From NCBI RefSeq assembly GCF_009914755.1, contig NC_060938.1: DNA of 64,000 nt; one strand, given 5' to 3'. The notes beneath the pieces were generated by a model. The model ran no database searches and was not told the DNA's origin. It saw only the letters and a program-made list of their open reading frames with translations. Position 1 is the first letter of the stretch; each line of letters opens with the position of its first letter. Below, piece after piece: positions 28,057-44,045 of the stretch. The position numbers and the translations under genes were made by a program. Source of the DNA: the human T2T-CHM13v2.0 reference genome, Homo sapiens.

Positions 28057-31000
28057 GGAGAGGTTCAAGGTAGTTGATTAGATGTAGCTGGGATGCACCT
28101 CTTCCATAAAGAGGAGCCAAAACATTGAGTAAAACATACTTCAAACACATCTTTTGAGAGGGAACACTGAAATTCAATAGGGAGGTGATGGAAGACACTG
28201 TGATTGAAGAAGGAAAAAACAGGGCTGCCTACTTAACATCGCTGGGTGCCGGGACCAGCCCTCAGACCCAGACCCAGGCCCAAGGAAGGGGTAAGTGAAG
28301 GAACCCCAGGATACCACATTCCTGCTGCTGGCCCCTGGGATCCTAGCTACAAGAGAGTTCCACGACCCCCACAGACCTTTGGACTGGCAGAAGGAGCTGC
28401 CCAGAGACCATGCAGAGGCACTGCTTGAACTTGCATGAAACCCCAAAGGCTTCAGTGTTCTGGGGAGCTACAGCAAAATGCAATCCTTGGTGCCTACCCC
28501 CCAAGGCTCAGCATCCTTTCCTATGCAGCTGCAGCTGCTGCTGTCTGCAGGGCTGAGGAGTGAGCAGGGCACAGGCATGATCACAAACCCCGAAGAGAGG
28601 CTCCATCACTACTGCTGAGGGACAGAGGTGCATTTGAGTCAGATACCCCATGCCGCCTGTTCTTCCCAGGACTGCCTGCCTGGCCATTCCCACAGGGGGC
28701 CAACCCTGTAGCTGCCATTGCCCCACCTGAGTGTTTTGTTGGTGCTCTGGGAGCAGTTCACCCCTCCCTGTTACAGCCAGTGCTTGGGTTTAAGAGCCAG
28801 AAGGCAAATCTCCTGGCCTAGCCCCAGTTCTCCAGCACTTGAGCACACTGCCCAGGGGAATGGAGATGAGGTCTGTAGTCTGTCTGACTTTGAGTGGTGG
28901 GGAGGAGCCCCACTGCAACAACACAGAGAAGGATATGGCATGAATTCCTGTAGTGACATGGGAGGTGGGCACCGCTCTCTATGAGACCAGACTGGAAATG
29001 GTATGGCCTGATGCCCCTGCTTTCTGCTCCAGCGAGTCTCATGGCCCAGCATGCCTAGACCAGCTTGGCGATCTGGGTATGGACAGCTTGGGACTAGCTA
29101 GCTGTTCAAGCCTGCCACTGGGGTGGACACTGGAGGGAGACCCACTGGGTCAGGAATGTGGGAGTTGGGTGGGCCCTAAGATCACCTGCTGGGCAGAAAA
29201 CCCCAGGGAGCTCCCTTTTCCCTGAGGGTTCTGTGGTGCAGGAGCGATGCTTCCACCTCACCCTGGAGGGTTGTCCCAGTGGTCTGAGAGCTGCCCTAGA
29301 CCCACACCACGTTTGGTGCTTGCATCGGCTTCTGAGAGCCTGTCACAGGCTTACCGGACCCAGCTCTGTCCAGTTTTGCCCACCCCCAGCCTGAGCCACC
29401 TTGGCAGTATAGTGTGGTACATATCTCCTGGGAGCTTCATGCCCCACCCATCACCCGGGACACCCTGTTACTTCCCATGATTAACAAAGATCAAGTTAAA
29501 AATTTCACTGCCACCACTGCAACTACCTTCTGCCTGTAAGTGCCACCTATGGGCCGGGAGGTCAATTTGCACAGCCCATCACAACTTTCGACCTCGTTGT
29601 ACAGAACTCAACCAGCTCTGTCCAAGTGCTACCTACTGGTCTGTAGGGTAAACTGTACAACCCAATATAATCTATTAATAATTCATGCTGACAGAAGTAC
29701 ACAGCACCAGGGAATGAGGTAAGCCTCCTGAGACCTCTACTTCTCCATCTCTGTAGGAGACAGTGAGCCTGATCACACACACAGTATACAACTGCTACAA
29801 GCTACAAACCATCTGCATTTGAGAAAACAATTAAATGAAGCTGTCTATAACTAAGGAATTCATACAGAACTTTGACCCCTTGAAAGCATAAAGAAGCAAA
29901 GCCAAAGAGCCCTACCCAACATACACAACAGTCATATCCTCAAGGGGGAAAAATCCCACTTATACAAAAGTAAATTCAAAAATAAGAAGTGACAGCTTCT
30001 CTAGATGGGAAGGAACCAGTGTAAGAACTCCAGCATCATGAAGAAACAAAATGTTGTGACATGCCCAAAGGACCACACTAGCTCTCTAGCAGTGGATCCT
30101 AACTAAAATAAAAATTCTGAAGTGACAGATAAAGAATTCAAATTATGAGTTGTAAGAGAGCTCAATGGGATCCAAGAGAAAGTTGAAAAGCAACAGAAAA
30201 AAAATCAGGAAAACAATTCAGGATATGAAAGATAAGATAGTTATATTTAAAAAAAATAACTTCTGAAAATAAAAAGTTCACTGAAGAGATTCGAAAACAC
30301 AACTGAAAGCTTTAACAATAGACTAAACTAAGAAGAAGAAATAAATGTCAAAGCTTGAAGACTGGCCTTTCAAATTATTCCTTCAAATATGTTTTCCAAA
30401 CTTCTTACTTTTTCTCCTTTTCCCTCAGGAATGCATCTAAGTCATAGGTTTAGACACTTTGCATAATTCCCTATTTCTTAAAGGCTTTGCTTATTTTTTT
30501 AAAAAAATTATTTATTCTTAATTTTTGGCAAATTCCTATGACTTGCAGGAATTTTTGAGGGAGAAGAATAAAAAGTAAGAAGCTTTTAAAACATATTTGA
30601 AAGAATAACTTAGGAAAATTTATCTGATATTACTAGAGATGTAGACATCCAGATACAAGAAACTCAGAACATTTGAAAGACACAAGATGAACATCACCAA
30701 ATCATATAGCTACCAGACTATCTAACGTCAATGTGAAAAAAGTCCTAAAAGCAGCTAGACAGAAGTGTCAAATCACCCATAAAAGAAACCTATAACAATG
30801 AACATCTCAGCAGAAGCTCTACAAGTCAGAAGAGATAGCCTATTTTTAGACTTCTAAAAGAAAAAAAAAATGACAGCCAAGGATTTTATAACCTGCTAAA
30901 TTAAGCTATATAAACAAAGGAGAAATAAAGTCTTACCCAGGCAAGCAAACCCTGGGGGAATTTGTCACCACTTGTTTCCTACAAGAAATGCTCAAGGGAG

Positions 31001-32058
31001 TTCTAAACATGGAAATAAAAGGATAATAATCATCATCATAAAAACACATGTAACTACAAAGCTACAGAGGACATAAAGCAATTACACAATTGAGACTACT
31101 GACTAGTTAACAATAGTTAACAACACTATAACAGGAACAACACTTTACATATCAATATTAACCTTGAACATTAATGGCCCACATGCTCCACTTAAAAGAT
31201 ATAGACTGGCAGATTGGATACAAAAAAAAAAAATAAATAAAACAAGCCCCAACTATCTGCTGCCTACAAGAGACCCACCTAAGGGGTAAAGACATCTACA
31301 CACTCAAATATAAGGGTCGCAAAAAGATATATCATGAAAATAGAAAACGAAACCAGCAGGAGTAGCTATTCTTATATCAGATAAAACAGATTTTAAATCA
31401 ACAACAGTAAAAAAAAGACAAATAAGGTCATTATACAATGAAAAAGCGTTCAATTCAACAAGAAGATTTATCCTAAAGTAGACCTATTGTTCACCCAAGC
31501 AATCCTACTACTTGGTACCTACTGAAAGGAAAAAAAATTATGTAACAAAGACATCTGCACTCATATGTTTATTGCAGCACTATTCACATTAGCAAAGTCA
31601 TGAAATCAACCTAAGTGTTCATCAATGAATTATTGGATAAAAAGTTATGTGTGTGTGTGTGTGTGTGTGTGTACACACACACCATGAAATATTATGTGGC
31701 CATGAAAAAGAATGAAATCATGTCTTTCCGAGCAACATAGATGGAAGTGGAGGCCATCATCCCGAGTGAAATAACTCAGAAACAGAAAATCAAATACTGC
31801 ATGTTCTCATTTATAAGTGGGAGCCAAAGAATGGGTACACATGAACATAAAGATGAATAACACAGACACTGAGGATTGAAAAAAAGGGAGGATGTGAGAG
31901 ATGGGTGAGGACTGAAAAGTAACCTGTTGGGTACAATGTTCACTATTTTAGTGATGGGTTAACTAGAAGCCCAAACCTCATCATTATGTAATATACCCAT
32001 GTAACAAACCTGCACATGTACCCTTTGAATCTGAAATTAGAATAAAAAACCAAAAGCA
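28057..32058 (+). mobile_element. L1 (L1PB4-like 3' end) retaining 5'UTR, ORF1, start of ORF2 and 3' end, with most of ORF2 deleted
   Basis: GC-rich 5'UTR about 28057-30000; ORF1 remnant from atgggaaggaaccag (30005); ORF2 endonuclease remnant from about 31128; 3'UTR gggtacaatgttcactat...tgtaacaaacctgcacatgtaccc; TSD aacaaaatactttat (28042-28056) / aacaaaatacataat (32059-32073). Confidence 0.92.
31648..31682. repeat. (TG)n(CA)n microsatellite inside L1
   Basis: tgtgtg...gtacacacacac. Confidence 0.9.
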
Positions 32059-32079
32059 AACAAAATACATAATAAGTCA

Positions 32080-34165
32080 TGTATTATTTTTTTTGTGCTG
32101 CATACAAAATCCGCAAACTTAGTGGATTAAAGCTACACATTTATCACAGTTTCTGTGGATAGCTAGTCTAGGCTCAATGTGGCTGGGTCTTCTTCAAGGC
32201 TGCACTCAAGCTGTCTGCTGGGACTTGATTCTCATCCGGGAAGCATCTGATTGACTGGGAAGCATCTGATTGACTGGAAAGCAACTGATTCTTAGCTTTC
32301 ACAGGTTGTTGGCAGAATTTATCTCCTTGCAGTTGTAGGATTAAAAAAAGCTTGTTTCTTCCAAGCCAGCAATGCAATGGAGAGAAACCAAAGTGAGTCT
32401 GCTAGTTAGATACAGTTTTATATAATGTAACATAATCATGGGAGTCACATTTCATCACATTAGTCATATTTTAATGATTTGAAGCAAGTTACAGGTCCTG
32501 CCCACTAAAGGGTAGAAAATTATAGTAGGGCATGAATACCAGAAGGTGGAATTCATGGGAGCTACTTTAAAAGTCTATCTATCACAGTCTTCTCTCTGGT
32601 TTACAGTGATTCCTGTTACTTCCACATGCAAAATGCGTTCACGCTATCCCAAGGTTCCCAGGAGTCTCATTTCATTAAAACATTAATTTAGAGTAAAAAT
32701 AAAAGTTTTATCATATACATCAAGTTCAGGTGTGAATGAAACTCTCATGTGTACTCTGTTAATTATAGATTATAAGGCACATTGTTCTCTGTGGACCTGC
32801 ATCACTACAGGGACGAGTTATCTTCCCCCAATATACCTAACATGTATGTGTGGGACAGACAGAATAACAGATATAGACATTTTAGTTCTAAAAGAGGAAA
32901 AGGGAAGGTAAGTAAGTATGAGTCACCAGTCAGTAGCAGTTCTGAAATCCCAATGGGTAAATGTCAGAAATTTGTTGATTAGGCTTGAAGGCCTGGGAAT
33001 GATTCTCTGTGGTTCTAAGCTCTGCCCTCTGGGCTCTTCTTTCCATTCTCTGAGACATTCTTCTTTTTCATGAATGTTAGCATGTGTTTTCCAGCTGAAT
33101 AGTTTTATCAGCCTGTTTCCTGCAAATAGAATTTTGAGAATATGACAAGATTCTTTTCATTTTTTACTTTGTCTCTTTCAGTCCAATTTGGCAGTTTGTG
33201 CTGAAATAATTTTCTCAAGAACTTTGTGGACCTCAATTGTGTTCATCCCGTTAGACAAAGCAACACACAGAGGATCTTTTCAAGTTAATCTGTTATTTAA
33301 TTTGGGTTCCTGTTGAGATGGCTGAGGCACTATGATGAGTGAGAGGATCTCTGAGACAGTCCTTTAATCTCTTAAAAGACCAGCCAGTATGACTGAATAC
33401 TCTAAATTTTTAGCAAAAGTTCTTTCTTCAGATTTTTCTCATAACCATGCTCTCTTAATTTCAGCATTTTTTGCCGTCTGGTAAGACTGAGAATGTTCAG
33501 TATTACGTCCTGGCTCCTTTTCGTTCATCAGTTCTTCCCTCAACTTATCTCTCTCTTTTTAACCTTTTACTATAATTAGCAAGAAGAAACAAAGTGGCAA
33601 CTTCGCCACTTTTTTTAAAAATTATCCTTACCTAAATATCCAAGTTCATCATGTAAAATTTCTGCTTTTCATATCACTTCAGGAGACAATTTTGTTTAGC
33701 TGTCTGCCATTACACAAATATGATCCACTTTTCTTCAGTTTTCAGTATCTTACTTTTACTTTCTTAGCCCTCACTGGCAGCATTTTTACTAACAGTCCAG
33801 GTCCAGATGTTTTACTAACAGTCTGTTCAATGCCATTTAGGCTTTCTCTATTACGCTGCTCAAAATTTTTTTAGCCTCTGCCCAATGCTCAGTTCTAAGG
33901 ATACTCCCATATTTTTAGGTATTAGTTATATAAGCACCCCATTGCTGACATCAAAATCTGTATTAGTTTTCTACACTGTGTAATAAATTACCACACATTT
34001 AGAGGCTTAAACAACAACCTTTTCTATCTCACAGTTTCCATAGGTCAGGATTCTGAGCATGGCTTAGCTGTGTTCCCTGAAAGGCTGCAACCAAATTGGC
34101 AGCCAGGGAGGGTTCCCATCTGGAGATAGAGATCACAGGGACCACCTTAAAGTTTATCTGTCATG
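32080..34165 (-). mobile_element. MLT1 (MLT1E-like) MaLR provirus: LTR 32080-32586, internal 32587-33958, shortened LTR 33959-34165
   Basis: Two tgtatta...-starting LTR copies ending in aagt(c/t)tatct; internal part ends gcaccccattgctgacatcaaaatc, the MaLR internal/LTR boundary. Confidence 0.85.
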
Positions 34166-34199
34166 GATGGTTTAAATAATTATATGTGAAATCAATAGA

Positions 34200-35360
<1,161 letters not shown>

Positions 35361-37082
35361 AAATAATTTATTATTAGGAGAAATGCAGAAAGCTGTTAAC
35401 TTTGGTTTTCTTTGGGGTTTTGACTTGTCCCTGTCACACAATTGTTCTCAATAAAGAGCTAATTGCCTTAATTTAGAACCTTCACAAAGTTTCTCATACT
35501 ATGCATGCTTCTTCACTTTCCTTGTTTTTTTGAAACAGAAAATTATTGTTGAAGAAGCACATTAGCCTGAAATGACCTTAATCAAAGATGGTTTGGGTTG
35601 TTACAGAAGTCACTTTACAAAATTTGTGGAAATGGAGAAAAAAGTGACTTCAGGATTAGTTTATTATTGGACAAATGACCTTAAAATTTACTGTAGAATG
35701 CCGTAGTAAACAGTACACAAGTATAAAGACCATTTTAAAAACAATAGGGTAAGTAAGGTTTTGTGTGTTGTTTTTGTGCTTGCATTGTGAGTGTATTATC
35801 TATGATAGAAAGAAGAAAACAAAATATCCTAATTTCATGAATGGGCACTTTTAGCTTGGAACAAAATATCTAGTGAGCACTGCGTGTATTTTGAAATGTC
35901 TTACTTGAAATAACTCGGTAGAAGTGAAATGATATGTTCCAGGATACTCTGTTAGATAAGTATGTGAAGGGTTTAGATAAAATTGTTGCAAGGAATGTAA
36001 GACAGAAAAAATAGCATTTTCTATCTTCTATGTAATATGTGATTTAAATATGCACACATAATTAAACTAAGACTAAATATTATAGGTATACATTTGACCA
36101 TTCACTTTATACTACAACTAAGTGAATTTTAGCTTGGCTAAAATAACAATAAAATCATCCAAAATTTGTATTGATCTTCCCATTGTGAAAATTAGCCAAT
36201 GTGAATTGCCTAATGTTCAGGGTCACTTTGTATTTGACACATACTGTTTTATATTTTGTATTTTTTTTTTTCTGCAAAGAGCAGAATGCCAAAAGAGTCA
36301 GCAGGAGTTTTTAGTTTATAATTTGAAAGAAAACTTAAAATTGCCAACACCTTTGGACAGGAAAAACATCCTTAATTTTACTCTAAATTAAAATTAACAT
36401 CTCAAATTCTTTCTACATAGGTGGTTTGGAACTATGTTTAAGAGGCACAGAAATTTCAGGAAGCCTAAAGTGAGGGAGAAAGAAGAGGAGGGGAAAATAT
36501 GTAGAGTGGGTCTGCTGTGAATGCTGAAGATAAAGTTTTCATTTTTTACAATTGTTTTATGCTATTCTCATATGGAAAACTGGTGTGCCTTTTTTCTTCT
36601 TAACATTATAACCTAACACTCAGGACCTTTGTTTCCTATGCTAATGTTCACAAAGAACTGAAGAGAACTTCTTTCTCCAGAAATGGTAATGTAGACTTAT
36701 TGAGTACATTCAGTCATTGATCTAGAGAGGGAAGTCAGCCCATTGAATTAACTGGGATCATGATGGTAGCCTCTGTGTGGGGACCTGCTCCTTACTGGGT
36801 AATGAGCCCTAGTTACAAAGTTAACACAGCATGATGGTCCTAGCCCAGCTTATCTGAAAACTGGTCATATAAAGATACTGATTTCCTTCTAGGTGTATTT
36901 GTATGAAGTGATGTGTACGTGGATTTTTGTTATGCTTTGTATTTTGATTGGTGGAGGAAGAAGCCAAAGTTGCATGGCCAAGCCCAACATCAATGGAATG
37001 GGTAAATATTCTCCTCCCATGCACAAGGTAGCTGGGCTTACTCTTTTGTGCTTATTCTAGGGAGGATACTTCTCTCACTTAG

Positions 37083-37395
<313 letters not shown>

Positions 37396-38829
37396 TAGGT
37401 AGTCAAATTTTTTAACAACCAACTACTACAACTTAGAGTCAGACTAGGAATGTGAAGACAAATGAGCAAATAGAGGATTCCATGCTTTCCCCCTAATTCT
37501 AGCCCCAAGAGCCTAGGCCTGGCCTTAATCAAAATAAAATAGCTACAGTTGGAAGCAGAAGGGATATTTTTGAGTCTCTGGACTTAAATTTCAGGGTTCA
37601 AAATACATATGATAAAAGACAACACAGAGAGTGGTATCACATATTTTGATCCAATTCTCATTTTTTGTGTTCTCCTGATTTTTCTCTCTGCTTTACAATA
37701 AATTTAAAAAGATAAATTTTTACCTTGAGGAATTATATTATACTGAGTACTTCATAAAAACTTTGTCAGCCCTAAACAATTAAAAAAATGCCTCTCCTCA
37801 GCTTTCATTTTTCCTCCCTCCCATCAAAGAAACAGGAGTTAGGCATAGCATGCTGTTCTTCCTATTAAACTGCCAACTTTTGGTTAAAAAGCAGATGAAG
37901 ACTTCCATCAGGCTGCTAATCTTTTTTCTTGAGTTATTTATACCTTGAACAAGTTCCACATAATAAATTATCTATTATGCCTTCACTGTGGGCTTGAATT
38001 TTATTATTCTCATTGAGATGTCATTTTTAGAGCTCTTCATTCATTTAAATTTTTTTTTTTAAAAATTGCATAAAAGCCTAGGCTTTGCTAATTAATTATA
38101 GAAATATCTTTCAAAATTATATTAAAAATAATGGCACTTATAGCTTATATTTACCAAAATATATGCCCTATGTATAAGGGATAACAAAGCAGATACTTTC
38201 AAAGTCTTCAAAGTCAATTGATGTGTCTATGAACTTTTGATGGTCATTGCATACTATATATTAAATATTTTACATATGAATTTAGCTGTTAGGAAAAAAA
38301 TATCTAGAAGTAGATCTATAATCTATTTTCTCCCTTTACTGAGTGGTGGTCCAGGAAAGAAAGAATGATCATCCGGTCAAATCCTTTTTGAAACATGCTA
38401 ATTACAGATCTCCTGGCAAACATATGTGGTATTTACTAGATGAAGAATCCTTATTTATGGAATGCTTTTAGAATGTTGTACCTGATCTGCTTAGGATAAA
38501 CTATGATAATCAAACCTAGACTCTATTAATTCATGAAGAGTAGCTTTGTGAAAAATGTGTAAAATATATAACAATGAGGATACAAAACGGAAATGCGTCA
38601 GGACCAAACAAACTCCCTTTTCTGTAAGTTATGTTTCTACAAGCATCTCTTGGAGACTATTTGTTATATGGGAACTACAGTGGGTCCTTATGTGCATGCA
38701 TGGAAGAAAGAAGATTTTTTTCTTTCCACCTGTACCTTGTGATTACTTATATCCTGTATTAGTCCATTTTCACACTCCTATAAAGTGTGATTTACCCAAT
38801 CATTCTAGTTCAGGATCAAGGGTGATCAG

Positions 38830-38975
38830 GCCGCCCTTGAGCCTGAAGTAGAATGATTGGGTAAATAATTATCTGACTTGATTTTCTATTAATCTTTCTT
38901 AAATGTATGCATAGCTCTCATTTATTTCAATGTTTAATATTAGAAGTGTTTTAGTCTTTATGTAGAGGTTTGGTA
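38830..38975 (-). mobile_element. MER6-like (TcMar-Tigger) internal fragment without TIRs
   Basis: Reverse complement reads ccaaacctctacataaagactaaaacacttctaatattaaacattgaaataaatgagagct...ataattatttacccaatcattc, matching my recollection of the MER6 consensus. Confidence 0.75.
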
Positions 38976-39302
<327 letters not shown>

Positions 39303-39913
39303 TTATAAACAAAGGACGTTTAATTGACTCGCAGTTCCACATGGTTGGGGAGGCCTCGGGAAACTTACAGTCATGGCAGAAGTGGAAGCAGGCACCTTCT
39401 TCACAAGGCAACAGGAGAGAGGGTGAGTATGTGTGATCAAGGAAGTGTCACACTTTAAAACCATCAGCTCTTGTGAGAACTCTTTCACTATCATGAGAAC
39501 AGCATGGGGGAAACCACCCCCAGGATGCAATCACCCCCACTTGGTCCCTCCCCTGACAGGTGAGGATTACAACTGAAGATGAGATTTGGGTGGGGACACA
39601 GAGCCAAACCATATTATGTCTTTAAAATTGTTAATACAGGTTGACAGTCGGAAAGATCCCTGATTCTTCTAAGTCTGATTGGACATTCTAATTCTTTGTG
39701 CTGTTTCAGATGCAGACGTACTTTAATGTTGGTAAAGGATAGGGAAAATTGGCTTAAGTGCCACCCTGAATAGTTATACAGATTTTTCGTTTTACTCAGA
39801 GTCTTTAAAGGTGGGAAGCTATAGTCTACTGCTGAAAATTCTTAACTATTAAGTTATCAGACACTGATTAGGAGTCTAGAGGTTGGCACAAAATAGTTCT
39901 TTACTTTTATCCT

Positions 39914-40358
39914 TGTTTAAATTTTGGTTCATATGAAGGCAGGCGCTGAGACACAAGGTAGAATGTTGGGAAGTGAAAGGGACTCCTGTAGGAAGTGGGG
40001 AAGTGATTAAATACAGTGGAAGCAGTCAATAAATGGTGTGCTATTAAGTCAGCTACAATGTGGGTGATTAGGGATAAACTCCATGGGAAAGCTCTGGGAA
40101 ATGATGCCAATCACATAGAATTATTTCATCTGAGGACTAAAGTAGCTGTAGCATCTGTACACTGAAACTCTAGGGTCCTCGGATAAGCATTACTGTCAGG
40201 GGGTACTATTTTCCTGGAACTTCTGTTCTGTTATCCTTGGACAGCATGGTCTTCTGTATAGCCCTTCAGGTACACAGAAGTATACACTAGAGGTTAGGAG
40301 TCTCTGGAGCATCTGAAACTCCCTCTGAGGGACAAGAGCACCAACAGGATTTGCTCCA
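39914..40358 (-). mobile_element. ERVL LTR (LTR16-family-like)
   Basis: ggaagtggggaagtga...gcagtcaataaatggtgtgctattaagtcagc; end caccaacaggatttgctcca. Confidence 0.6.
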
Positions 40359-40892
40359 TCACACAGATCATCTCTTTGACTATATCTTCTTCATCTGGTT
40401 GGTCAAAAGGGTGTCTCTGCATTCATTCATTCAACAGATAGTTATTTATTTATATTGGAAGTATGGCAGGGATACAGAGAGAAATACACAATAAATAAAT
40501 ATATAATATAATGCAAAATGATGACATGCGTTACTAAAAGAAAATAAAGTAGTGTGGGGGAGGTTAAAAAATGGCCCCCAAAGATTTTACATTTGAATCC
40601 CTGGAACCAGCACATGTTACCTTATTTGGAAAGAGGGTTCTTGGCTGTTGTGGAAACAATAAGTTAAGGATTTTGAGATGAGATTGTTCTGGATTATCTG
40701 AGTAAGTCCTAAATGCCATCACAAGTGTTTTTGTAAGAGAGAGACAGAGGGGGATTTCACAGACAGAACAAGAGAAGGCAACATGAAGACAGAAACAGAT
40801 ATTAGAGTGATAAGGCCAGAGGCTGGAAGACAAGTAATGGATTTTCCTCCAGAGCCTCTGGAGGGAGCATAGCCCTGCCGACACCTTGATTT

Positions 40893-43062
<2,170 letters not shown>

Positions 43063-44045
43063 TGACACCTGGATTTTAGATCAGTTAAACAGAGTTCAGA
43101 TTTCTGACTCCAGTCATTTACTCTCTTCTCTGCTTTCTGTATTAGCTCCCAGTAGCTGCTGTAATAAATTCCCATAAACTTAGTGATTTAAAACAACATA
43201 AATATATTCTCTCACCATTCTGGAAGTCAGAAATCTGAGTGCTAAGGGACAATGTATCTCACAAGTGGACATTTGAGCAAATATTTGAATGAATGTAAGG
43301 GAATCAGTCATCTAAGGGAAGGGGTCTCCAGGTAGAGGGGTAGCAGACACAAAGATCCTTGGGTGGGAGGGAACTTGGTGTGCCTGAAGAACTGCAGGAA
43401 GGTCAGAGTGGCAGGAGCTGAGGGAGCTAGGATGAGAGTGGCCAGAGATGAGGCAGGCTAGGGAGGGGGGCCCAGATCATGTTAGGACCTTGCAGGACTT
43501 AGAATTTTATTCTTCACGGGGTGGAAAACAATAGGGGGATGTTGAGAGGAAGAGTGACTCCAAATGACAACATTTCAAAGCCCTCAGTCCCACCAAAACG
43601 CCCTCTCACTTAGTCCATCAGTCAGTTGGTTTCACCTAATTTTTCCCCTCAGTGGAATTGGAGGAACTGCTTCACATCCTTTCAGGTCCTTGAAGGAAGA
43701 AAGTGAGTGGATATTCCCCCTGGTCCACTCCTAGAATGAGTGATCTGTAAGCAGACACAAGTTTCCTTCAAGTAAAATTACTGTCTTCTTTCAGCTTGAC
43801 TCTTGTGCATCCAGAGTGGGTATGAGTCCTGCCCCAGATCAATGAGAGAATGAGGTGATAGATGGGCATGTAGGGATTAAACAGACAACCATCCATACCT
43901 GTATCCCTGATTTAACTCTTGGCATAAGCTGCAATATGTGACCGTGTGTCTTTTCCTAGGCATGTCTGGTGTCTTAAAATACCTCATAAGGTCAACAGTC
44001 ATGTCTCTGTGCATGTGACGTTCCTCACAGTACCTAATGCATTGC

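Noticed and set aside
28174-29780. Dense overlapping ORFs and high GC suggesting a gene or CpG island
   Set aside because: Explained by the GC-rich, CpG-depleted L1 5'UTR.
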